A stretch of 32,000 bases of DNA from assembly GCA_041659405.1 (NCBI GenBank), contig JBAZYK010000001.1, positions 30,001-62,000 of the forward strand. The letters are read 5' to 3'. This document shows, one piece after another, positions 8,859 to 16,923 of the stretch. The notes under the pieces are model-generated. The model worked only from the letters and a program-made list of their open reading frames with translations. It had not been told where the DNA came from and did no database searches. Position 1 is the first letter of the stretch. Each line of letters opens with the position of its first letter. The position numbers and the translations under genes were made by a program. The stretch comes from Candidatus Altimarinota bacterium (GTDB lineage Bacteria; Patescibacteriota; Gracilibacteria; UBA1369).

Positions 8859-9482
8859 TCAACCGCCCGGGGCAGATTTTTCCGTCCATAAACCGCGATC
8901 GTGCAGCGTTTTATAGGCCAATATCGGAATTACCGTTGGCGTCGTTAAAAACGGGACTTCGGGTGAACACGGAATTTTGATCATCGTGTCCAATAATTTA
9001 ATATTTTTTTGGGAAAGTCCTTTGGCCGCTCCAATTACAATAATATCTTTGGCACTCCATTTAAATTCCAAAGCATTTTCGCCTTCATTGGGTGAAGTTC
9101 CAATTAAACGAAATCCTTCCGTTTTTAAATCAGCCAAAGTAGTCCGTTTGCGAGGCAGCCATTTAATATTTTCTTCGCGAATGTTCCAGGACATAATTTT
9201 GTTTCTGGTTTTGGCATGCATAAAATCCAGCGCTTCTCCAACCAGATAAGTGGCAATGTGCGGCACCCGATCACTTGTAGAAAGCACAACCTGGGCAAAC
9301 TGCGCTATGTCATAAGGTAAATCCAAATTAACCAGCGCAAATCTTAAAGGCGGCACCTTGCAAAGCTTTTCCCACATTTCCCAAAGATTTTCATCGGGAT
9401 ATTCAAGATATGGATTTTCCTTAACAGATAGGGATTGCCTTTTTTCCTGCCATTCCTGAAATAAATGGTCGATTTTTATCAT
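8859..9482 (-). CDS. Divergent SPOUT (SpoU/TrmH-like) superfamily protein
   Basis: The C-terminal half IIVIGAAKGLSQKNIKLLDTMIKIP...LTTPTVIPILAY has the layout of SpoU motifs 2 and 3, but with non-canonical residues (GAAKG in place of GNEGxG). Confidence 0.45.
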   Translation of the reverse strand: MIKIDHLFQEWQEKRQSLSVKENPYLEYPDENLWEMWEKLCKVPPLRFALVNLDLPYDIAQFAQVVLSTSDRVPHIATYLVGEALDFMHAKTRNKIMSWNIREENIKWLPRKRTTLADLKTEGFRLIGTSPNEGENALEFKWSAKDIIVIGAAKGLSQKNIKLLDTMIKIPCSPEVPFLTTPTVIPILAYKTLHDRGLWTEKSAPGG

Positions 9483-9504
9483 GGCACGATTTTATCATAA
9501 TTTT

Positions 9505-9603
9505 GAAATTCGGCTTCCTGATTTATAAAAAGTCCCCCGGGGGACTTTTCTGAGATCGGCGGTTTTCCTTTCCCTGAAGCCGAAATTTTCGGATTACCGA
9601 AAT
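9505..9603. repeat. Nested inverted repeats in a divergent intergenic region (candidate structured RNA, attenuator or MITE)
   Basis: A perfect 22-bp palindrome AAAAGTCCCCC|GGGGGACTTTT lies at about 9528-9549. It is enclosed by TTCGGCTTC (9509-9517) pairing with GAAGCCGAA (9576-9584). A third hairpin TTTCGG-ATTA-CCGAAA follows at about 9587-9602. Coordinates are +/-2 nt. Confidence 0.6.
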
Positions 9604-9730
9604 CTATTGTGAATTGATTTTCGATCCTCGCAACATACGCGCCACCCCGCGTGCAGTTTACAAATTCGCTATTTTGGCGTATAGTAATAGATGAATCATC
9701 TGAAAAAAATCACAGATAATCAAAATAAAA

Positions 9731-11050
9731 ATGAAAAACAATAAAAAACTTAATTATTTATTTGGAGGATTATTGCTTATTGCGATAGTTGGTCTTGGCG
9801 TGTTTGCCGGCTCCGGCTACCTGTTTAAGGGCGCGCTGACTCCTCTGCCAAACAGACCAAGCCCAAGCCCAATATATCTCCCAACTGCTACAAAGCCACC
9901 GGCACCGGAACCAAAATATTCAAGCGAGGGGGCTGCTTCTGCCGTTAACAAGGATAAAATAGCACCAAACAATCAAGACAAGGTATTTGCCAAAAGCGTG
10001 ACCAAACAACTTGGAGAGAGCGTGACCATTGTCCCTTCAGGTGATCCTAAAAATGATATCTGGTTTGCTCCAATTGGCAAGGAGCCTCCGTTCACTAATG
10101 GGCTTACCGTAACCCACGCGTCTGGCAATGCAACATCAATCCCGGTACCAGCAAAAGCCGGCACTTACCAATTATACGTAAGAGATGCGGCCGGGAATTA
10201 TTCAGAGCACTCGGCAAAGATATTAACTGTAGTTCTTGATAATACGGCACCAATTATAACTATAAAATCCCCAAAGGATGGCCAAACAATTCATGGAAAA
10301 AACGTTACTGTTTCCGCTACCGCAACAGACAATATCGGCGTAACAAAAGTGGAATTTTATTCAGGTTTACCCGGTGCACTGGATGATACTCCAACAAAAT
10401 TGAATAATGGAGTTTATGAACACCCCTTTAATCTGCCGCTTAGTGATACTACTGTTGTTTTAAGTGTTTGGGCATATGATGCGGCGGGCAACATTCGCAC
10501 AAAAAGCATATACATTAAAGTTGCGAACCAGGCGCCGGATTTAAGCGTCTCTTATAATCCACCTATTAATCTCACCCTTCCCCGAATCAAGCCTACAGAT
10601 CTGCACGGACCTACTGAATCGTTGAAATTAAATATGAAGGTAGATGCTACGAGTCCTCACGATATATCAAAAATAGAATTTTTGCTTGATGGAAAGCCTC
10701 TCTATAATAGCTATAATAAATTCAATGATAACAAAGGGTTCTTTGACTGTTCTGGCCCTCCAGATAATGCCACTTGTTATTTGGAAATAGAGCGCTCAGC
10801 TGGAATAAAGGAGGGTGAGAGTAGTGGGAAGGCGTGTTGTGGAACTATTGTTAATCCAATTATGTTTCCGGGAGGCGATGGTAATACCGGATTTAAGCTG
10901 AATGGAGCGACTATATATCACACTCTTATCATCAAGGCGTACGATGATATCGACACATCATCTGAACAACAAATTAAATTTCATCTGGATTGGTGGAACG
11001 GTGGTGACATCAAAGACTACGGATATACATGGATAGTCATCGACCCTTAG
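9731..11050 (+). CDS. Membrane-anchored surface protein with bacterial Ig-like domain(s)
   Basis: An N-terminal TM/signal anchor (LNYLFGGLLLIAIVGLGVFAGSG) is present. DNTAPIITIKSPKDGQTIHGKNVTVSATATDNIGVTKVEFY is typical of bacterial Ig-like fold domains. The C-terminal domain is Cys-containing. Confidence 0.6.
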   Translation: MKNNKKLNYLFGGLLLIAIVGLGVFAGSGYLFKGALTPLPNRPSPSPIYLPTATKPPAPEPKYSSEGAASAVNKDKIAPNNQDKVFAKSVTKQLGESVTIVPSGDPKNDIWFAPIGKEPPFTNGLTVTHASGNATSIPVPAKAGTYQLYVRDAAGNYSEHSAKILTVVLDNTAPIITIKSPKDGQTIHGKNVTVSATATDNIGVTKVEFYSGLPGALDDTPTKLNNGVYEHPFNLPLSDTTVVLSVWAYDAAGNIRTKSIYIKVANQAPDLSVSYNPPINLTLPRIKPTDLHGPTESLKLNMKVDATSPHDISKIEFLLDGKPLYNSYNKFNDNKGFFDCSGPPDNATCYLEIERSAGIKEGESSGKACCGTIVNPIMFPGGDGNTGFKLNGATIYHTLIIKAYDDIDTSSEQQIKFHLDWWNGGDIKDYGYTWIVIDP

Positions 11051-11934
11051 GCACTCTTTTTTTGATACAATGAGATTTGGAAATCGGTGCCGGTTGTAAA
11101 CTCGCGGGTTTTAGCCAGTAGCGCTTTTTTCTCTTCATTTAAATGCCAATGATAAGGCGTCATACTAACAAGATTCATAATGTCCTCATTGTTTTTTAAA
11201 TGGATTTCAAATCCAAGTTGATATTTTTCAAGAAGAGAAAGGCCCAGACTTTCGGATAAATCCAAAGGATTCCCCTGCAATTGAAATTTATCATAAATCA
11301 GGGTGGCCAATTCTTTAAGATGATTATGCGCCGGCCTGATAAGCAGGATTTTGCCGCCGGGCTTTAAAACTCTGAAGAGTTCTTTGGAATCAAATGGTGA
11401 AAAAATTGAAAAAATCAGATCCAGGGATTCATTCAGATAAGGTAAGTGGAAATTGCTGCCAATGGAAAAGTGAATATCCGGGTATTTTTTAGCGGCTTTT
11501 TGAATTGCCGGTTTGGAAATGTCGATTCCCCAAAGATGCGCAGAGGGTGCGCTTGGCTTGCTGGCACGTGTTGAGTGCTGGGCTTGAGTACCGAGTTTTA
11601 ATGATTCCTGAAGTTTGCCACTGTAAAATCCTGTGCCGCAGCCAACATCCAAAATATTAAAATTCTTGGTTTTAGATTTTTTTACGAGTGGCAGGATGAT
11701 TTTATTTATTTCTTTGGCTAAGGGATCGTAATATCCCTGATCCAAAAAAAATTGCCGACCATCTACCATCAATTTGCTGTCACCGGGATCTTTAGTCTTT
11801 TTTTGATTAGCCAGAAGAAAATTCACATATCCTTCACGTGAAATATCATAAGTGTGTTTTTGGCTGCAGATAAAGCTTTTATTGACCTGTTCCAATTGTT
11901 GCTTACAAACGGGACAAAGATAGATGGATTCCAT
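11047..11934 (-). CDS. rlmA: 23S rRNA (guanine745-N1)-methyltransferase RlmA
   Basis: A Zn-ribbon (LCPVCKQQL...FICSQKHTYDISREGYVNFL) is followed by KDPGDSKLMV and the SAM motif ILDVGCGTGFY. The C-terminal MTPYHW is collinear with E. coli RlmA. The ATG at 11934 is preferred over the GTG at 12045. Confidence 0.85.
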   Translation of the reverse strand: MESIYLCPVCKQQLEQVNKSFICSQKHTYDISREGYVNFLLANQKKTKDPGDSKLMVDGRQFFLDQGYYDPLAKEINKIILPLVKKSKTKNFNILDVGCGTGFYSGKLQESLKLGTQAQHSTRASKPSAPSAHLWGIDISKPAIQKAAKKYPDIHFSIGSNFHLPYLNESLDLIFSIFSPFDSKELFRVLKPGGKILLIRPAHNHLKELATLIYDKFQLQGNPLDLSESLGLSLLEKYQLGFEIHLKNNEDIMNLVSMTPYHWHLNEEKKALLAKTREFTTGTDFQISLYQKKSA

Positions 11935-11994
11935 AGAACTGTGGAGAAATAAGTCAGTGCTTTTAGCATACTCAAAATATGTTAAAAATGATAC

Positions 11995-12023
11995 TTGCTT
12001 GTTGTGCAAATATGTTGTACAAT
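11995..12023 (+). promoter_or_regulatory. Sigma-70-type promoter for the SLH repeat protein gene
   Basis: TTGCTT (11995-12000), a 17-nt spacer, then TACAAT (12018-12023), about 55 nt upstream of the ATG at 12080. Confidence 0.5.
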
Positions 12024-12079
12024 AATCTGATATGTTTCTAAACACATATTTACCATATATTTCTTAACCAAATAAAAAT

Positions 12080-13738
12080 ATGGAAAACAAAAACAGAAAT
12101 AGACGCTTTTACCTGCCGATGGCATTGCTTGCTGTAACGGTAGTCGCAGGCGTGTCATTTTCATCGCTCCGTAATGGCGGGAGTGCAAATCTAATCGCCC
12201 AGACCACGACAAGAAGTGGTTCGTCTACAATCTATAATTGTGACGATATTAAAGTAAAACTCAACTCCGCAACGGGTGGGTACACAGAGGATGAAAAAAA
12301 TTGGTATAACCAAACTTGTAATATGTCCACAACTGGTACAGGCAGTGGAAGTGATTCCACAACTACAACCGGCACAGGTAGTGGAAGTGATTCCACAACT
12401 ACAACCGGCACGGGTAGTGGAAGTGATTCCACAACTACAACCGGCACAGGTAGTGGAAGTGATTCCACAACTGGTACAGGTAGCGGAACTGGGACTACAA
12501 CTACAACCGGTACAGGTACAGGCAGTGGAAGTGATGATTCCACAACTCCAACCACAACAACAGCTCCAACCACAACTCCAACTCCACGATATACTTGTGA
12601 AGGAGCAGCCAAAGACTTGAAAACCACCGGCAATTACACAGCCGAGGAAAAAGTTTGGTATTACAGGTATTGCGTGCAAACAACACCAGTCCTACCAGTT
12701 CCACGAGTCGTACCAACCGCACTTCAACCAAATGATCCATGCGCAACATTGAAAGATATTATGGCTAAATATAGCTATGATACAACTTCATCTGCTTATC
12801 TTTCAGCACAATGGAAATTTAATGAGGTCTGTTCTACCCCTACAACTACAGTCAACCCTTCACCTACAAGCACTAGGCCTGCAACAACCACACCCACCGT
12901 TTGTAGTGATCTGAAGATGAAACTGGGAACTTCAATCAACAACAACGATACCAGTTCCGATACTTACGCCAAACTAAAATTATCCTATCAGGATCTTTGT
13001 ACCGAAAGCACACCGACTACCGATGTTTGCTCAAGTCTGAAGTTAAAACTTGAAACGGCTATTTCCGATGGTGTCACATCATCAGATTACGCTTCGGTAA
13101 AAGAACAATATCTAAGATCATGCACCAGACCAGTTACACCTGCAGGCTTTGAAGATAAAGTTATTATGACTACAACAGACACCACTACCCCATTCATTGA
13201 TGCGCCAACAGCAACTCGAGAAGGAACTGCCGCTGCTGAATTATCTCGCCGTAATATAATCGGAGGATTTAGGGATGGTACTTTTCGTGGAAAAAATCTG
13301 GTAAATCGTGCTGAAGCTGCCAAATTTCTGCTTTTAGCAAGATATGGAACAGTTGCCGATACCAGTGGCACATCCCAATTTAGAGATACTAAAAAGGGAG
13401 AATGGTATGTAAAGTATATCGATACAGCCAACCATCTTGGAATTATTAATGGGTACAAAGATGGAACATTCAGGCCAGCCAATGGTGTAAATACCGCCGA
13501 ATTCTTAAAGATGATGACTTTGGCACTTGGTCTTGAGATGAAGCTTCCATACACATATAGAGATGTTAAATCCACCGATTGGTTTGCTATCTATGCCGGC
13601 AGTGCCCAAAAATACAATCTTTTCCCGGATCGCACAGATGACACTTTGCAACCTGGAAAACTATTAACCCGTAACGAAGTCGCAGTAGCGATCTATCAAT
13701 TTCTTTTAAATCGCGATAGCGGTACAGTTCAAAACTAA
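12080..13738 (+). CDS. Cell-surface protein: signal anchor, five Cys-bounded modules, Thr/Gly/Ser repeats and three C-terminal SLH domains
   Basis: There is an N-terminal TM segment. The C-terminus holds three S-layer-homology repeats: IIGGFRDGTFRGKNLVNRAEAAKFL, GIINGYKDGTFRPANGVNTAEFLKMM and LQPGKLLTRNEVAVAIYQFL. Confidence 0.8.
   Translation: MENKNRNRRFYLPMALLAVTVVAGVSFSSLRNGGSANLIAQTTTRSGSSTIYNCDDIKVKLNSATGGYTEDEKNWYNQTCNMSTTGTGSGSDSTTTTGTGSGSDSTTTTGTGSGSDSTTTTGTGSGSDSTTGTGSGTGTTTTTGTGTGSGSDDSTTPTTTTAPTTTPTPRYTCEGAAKDLKTTGNYTAEEKVWYYRYCVQTTPVLPVPRVVPTALQPNDPCATLKDIMAKYSYDTTSSAYLSAQWKFNEVCSTPTTTVNPSPTSTRPATTTPTVCSDLKMKLGTSINNNDTSSDTYAKLKLSYQDLCTESTPTTDVCSSLKLKLETAISDGVTSSDYASVKEQYLRSCTRPVTPAGFEDKVIMTTTDTTTPFIDAPTATREGTAAAELSRRNIIGGFRDGTFRGKNLVNRAEAAKFLLLARYGTVADTSGTSQFRDTKKGEWYVKYIDTANHLGIINGYKDGTFRPANGVNTAEFLKMMTLALGLEMKLPYTYRDVKSTDWFAIYAGSAQKYNLFPDRTDDTLQPGKLLTRNEVAVAIYQFLLNRDSGTVQN
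12335..12478 (+). repeat. Four near-perfect 36-bp tandem repeats, in frame (GTGSGSDSTTTT)
   Basis: The unit GGCACAGGTAGTGGAAGTGATTCCACAACTACAACC repeats head to tail with 0-3 substitutions. It continues into degenerate Thr/Gly/Pro-rich sequence up to about 12590. Confidence 0.9.
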
Positions 13739-13863
13739 AAGATAGTTTTAACCAAAAAAGCGTTAAACTCATCAAAAAAATACTTATACTGCTCATTAGT
13801 GCGCCAATCAGGCACATTAGTGGGCAGTTTTGTTGGAGGGGCAGAAGGCCTTAAAGAGATATT

Positions 13864-14475
13864 TTAGAGGCTATCCAGCCGCCCTTGAAGCTTCTTAACT
13901 GCTTTAAGCAATGTTCCATCTTTGTACCCATTTGAAATAATTTTGGCCCAATCTAAGGCCGGAACCATTGCCTGCTGAATCTTTGCAAGGGCAGGAGAGC
14001 TTTGTTCCAGCTCTTTCTCGACAAAATTTATTAGATTGGTGCACTGAAGAGCTAAAAGATAATGATGCATGGCATCGATTTCCGGTGGAAGATCCGCTCC
14101 CTGCTGTTCGAATCCTCCGAGGACATGTCCAATATTAGTCGTATGATTTTTAATATCTGCCAAATTTTCCGTAGGATTTTCAATAAAGGCGACTGCTTCC
14201 ACAATCATTTTCCGGTCAGTCTCATCTTTGACAGTGTCATGTTTGAGTAATGCCGAAATATCATTCAAAATTTTTCCTGTTCGTGATTTCAGCCCAAGCA
14301 ACAGGGTCGGTGAAAGCGGTGATGGTGTCCAGAATGGACTGATGATTTTGTGAATAGATTTTTTCACCCACTTCATTATTTTTTTTATACCCGCAAATAA
14401 CCCACCAATTTCTTCGGTTTCGTTTTTATTGTTTTGATTAACTCCTTTTTCCTTTGGGTCATGTTCCGTACTCAT
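13864..14475 (-). CDS. Hypothetical protein (203 aa)
   Basis: A long ORF lies 77 nt downstream of the helicase gene on the same strand. I recognised no motif. There is an amphipathic basic N-terminal segment (GGLFAGIKKIMKWVKKSIHKII). Confidence 0.55.
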   Translation of the reverse strand: MSTEHDPKEKGVNQNNKNETEEIGGLFAGIKKIMKWVKKSIHKIISPFWTPSPLSPTLLLGLKSRTGKILNDISALLKHDTVKDETDRKMIVEAVAFIENPTENLADIKNHTTNIGHVLGGFEQQGADLPPEIDAMHHYLLALQCTNLINFVEKELEQSSPALAKIQQAMVPALDWAKIISNGYKDGTLLKAVKKLQGRLDSL

Positions 14476-14552
14476 ATATTTTACAGATCAAATATATGAT
14501 ACATATTAACATTTTTTGAGCATTATTTCAAGGCTCTTAGCCTATTTATGGC

Positions 14553-16721
14553 CTATTTATGCCGCCTTTTTGTATATCGTTTTTTGGGCGATTTGCGGTT
14601 TTTTTTGGAGCCCGCTCCTCTTGCGGATTTATTTGTGTTGGAAAAATTATTTCTGAACCATGATGGATCAACCTCGGTAACATTGCGGGCAAAACGTTTG
14701 GTTGTTTCCACAATTTCGGCAGCGATAATCCATTTGGGATAACGGCTATAAAAAAGTGAGCTGGGGTGAATATAAATGCGATCAACTTTCGCGGAAGTAT
14801 AATTCCCAAAACTATTTCTTTGGCAGAGATTTTGGACAAGTCCGCTGGAAACGGATTTTAGGATACCCACATGGTTTATTTCCGCATTCTGCTGCAGATT
14901 TTCCGGATCCAACATGGCCTGTAGTTTTTGAAGATGAGGATTAAATTCTTCACCATAAAACTCAACGAGTGTTTCGATCAACTGTTGATAAATATCTTTG
15001 GCTTTTTCCAAAGTCTGGAAGTCCAAATATTGGTTTTTGCAATACTGTTCACGCTCCACGTCCTCTTTGAAGGTGAAAACTTTTTTCCACACCGCAAGAT
15101 AAGTTAACAGATCGGAATTAAAAGTTTCCGCGGTTCCAAAATTGGAAAAAACTTTCCGATGAAATGTTTTTCTGCCGTTAAAAAAAGGCTTTTTTGATTG
15201 AACCGCCGGATAAGGCATTCCCAAACGTTGAAAATAACGTCGGGATTTATCAGCCGCCTCTTCATCACCAAACGGCCTCCAGAATGGGTCTTTAAGCGAT
15301 AAAAACGAGGCAATTACGGCCACTTCGGCCACGCAGGAATACCCTTCCGCAGTAAGCAACATGCGTGAAATTTTTGGATCAAGCGGCAAATGCGCCATTT
15401 TAACTCCTGTTTCCGTTAATTTTTCATTGCGATTAATCGCTCCAAGAACATAAAGAGTGCCAAGTGCCTGCTCAAAAGAAGCATGCTCAGGTGGATCCAT
15501 AAATTCAAAAGTATGAATATTTGGAATTCCCATTAAAATCATTTGCAAAACCACATCGGCCAAATCCGAGCGCTGAATTTCCGGCCGGGTAAATGGCTCA
15601 CGGCCGGCAAAATTCTCTTCCGAATATAATCGCAAACATCTTCCCGGCTCAATACGGCCCGCTCTACCCGTTCTTTGAATGGCAGAGGCCTGCGAAATTT
15701 CTTCAACCATCAGACTTCCGATTCCGGTGTCGGTATTAAAATCGGTCATCCTGGCCAAACCGGAATCAATCACCACAGTCACGCCCGGTACGGTTAAAGA
15801 AGTTTCGGCAATATTGGTGGAAACCACCACATGACGTTTAGTGTGCGCACCATAAATCGCGGTTTGCTCGGTCATAGGTAACCTGCCATAAAGCGGCATG
15901 CAGCGCAGATCCGAAAAACCAAATTGCTTAATGGCATTTATAGTCAGGCTGATTTCCTGTTCGCCCGGAAGAAAAATTAAAATGTCACCGACTTTTTTAG
16001 ACGAGTGAATTTCCTCTACCATACCGGCAATTTTGGTTGAAAGAATCTCCCCTTCCATCGGCGGATGATATTCAACATCCACCGGAAACATGCGACCGGA
16101 AACGGAAAATTCCGCCACTGATAATGATTTTTCGTGGCGATTGGAGCTCGCTCCGCTCGCGTTAGAAATAGGCACTTCGTGCGTGTTGGAAAAGAAATTA
16201 AAAAACTTTTCGGTGTCCAAAGTGGCCGAAGCAATAATAATTTTAAGCGCTTTCAAGCCCTGAACCCGGCGTTTTTTTTGAATGTCTTTTAAAAGTCCAA
16301 GCAAAAAATCAATGCGCAAACTTCGCTCGTGCGCTTCATCAACAAAGATCGCGTCATATTTTGTAAGAAGAAAATCGAACTTAATTTCCTGAAGTAAAAT
16401 TCCATCCGTGCAGATAATAATTTTTGTTCCGGGATAAGTCTGATCATCAAAACGGATTTTGTAGCCAATTGTTGTACCCAGCTCAATCTCGCATTCCTCT
16501 GCGATGCGCGTGGCAATGGAAACTGCGGCAATTCTGCGAGGCTGCGTACAGGCAATCATCACCTTTGGACCCAGTGCCTCCAAAATCATTTTGGGAATTT
16601 GGGTCGATTTGCCCGAGCCGGTTTCCCCGACAATAATTGTTACATCATTTTCACTGATGGCTTGGGTCAGCTCTTGGCTGTGAGAGCTTATGGGTAATTC
16701 GGCGGGGAAATTAATTTTCAT
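14553..16721 (-). CDS. ATP-dependent DEAH-box RNA helicase, HrpA/HrpB family
   Basis: Helicase motifs GETGSGKSTQIP (I), DEAHERS (II), SATL (III), TNIAETSLTVPGV (V) and QRTGRAGR (VI) are present, with an HA2-like C-terminal region. The C-terminal tail is very basic (SKKNRKSPKKRYTKRRHK). Confidence 0.9.
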   Translation of the reverse strand: MKINFPAELPISSHSQELTQAISENDVTIIVGETGSGKSTQIPKMILEALGPKVMIACTQPRRIAAVSIATRIAEECEIELGTTIGYKIRFDDQTYPGTKIIICTDGILLQEIKFDFLLTKYDAIFVDEAHERSLRIDFLLGLLKDIQKKRRVQGLKALKIIIASATLDTEKFFNFFSNTHEVPISNASGASSNRHEKSLSVAEFSVSGRMFPVDVEYHPPMEGEILSTKIAGMVEEIHSSKKVGDILIFLPGEQEISLTINAIKQFGFSDLRCMPLYGRLPMTEQTAIYGAHTKRHVVVSTNIAETSLTVPGVTVVIDSGLARMTDFNTDTGIGSLMVEEISQASAIQRTGRAGRIEPGRCLRLYSEENFAGREPFTRPEIQRSDLADVVLQMILMGIPNIHTFEFMDPPEHASFEQALGTLYVLGAINRNEKLTETGVKMAHLPLDPKISRMLLTAEGYSCVAEVAVIASFLSLKDPFWRPFGDEEAADKSRRYFQRLGMPYPAVQSKKPFFNGRKTFHRKVFSNFGTAETFNSDLLTYLAVWKKVFTFKEDVEREQYCKNQYLDFQTLEKAKDIYQQLIETLVEFYGEEFNPHLQKLQAMLDPENLQQNAEINHVGILKSVSSGLVQNLCQRNSFGNYTSAKVDRIYIHPSSLFYSRYPKWIIAAEIVETTKRFARNVTEVDPSWFRNNFSNTNKSARGAGSKKNRKSPKKRYTKRRHK

Positions 16722-16869
16722 ATAATTTTGTTGGACTACAGAGAAACGATAATGAAAATTGAACGGAAAGGAAAGGTCTACTTTTTATTACAACCAAGCG
16801 CAAAATGTGGCACTGTTGCATATTTATAATAAGGTTCGATAAGGTCGGACAGCCACCATTCACCGAATA

Positions 16870-16898
16870 TTGACATTATTTAGTGAATACGCTATACT
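16870..16898 (+). promoter_or_regulatory. Near-consensus sigma-70-type promoter of Fic gene 1
   Basis: TTGACA (16870-16875), a 17-nt spacer, then TATACT (16893-16898). An 8-bp inverted repeat, TAGTGAAT (16881-16888) and ATTCACTA (16910-16917), straddles the -10 and the predicted start site. Confidence 0.6.
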
Positions 16899-16923
16899 AA
16901 ATACAGTAAATTCACTACTTTTT

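Noticed and set aside
12335-12478. 36-bp tandem repeats considered as a possible CRISPR-like array
   Set aside because: The repeats are contiguous with no spacers. They are in frame within a long CDS and encode GTGSGSDSTTTT.
12191-12749. Several 80-160-aa ORFs on both strands overlapping the Thr/Gly/Ser repeat region (12191-12679 minus, 12232-12633 minus, 12276-12620 plus, 12501-12749 minus)
   Set aside because: They are low-complexity translations of a repeat that stays open in many frames. The 552-aa plus-strand frame has a signal anchor and SLH domains and explains the region.
16831-16858. tRNA-like string AAGGTTCGATAAGGTCGGACAGCCACCA upstream of Fic-1, considered as a possible att remnant or tRNA fragment
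   Set aside because: The segments flanking TTCGATA are not complementary, so there is no T-stem. There is no acceptor pairing. It is in the opposite orientation to tRNA-Gly and shares no extended identity with it.
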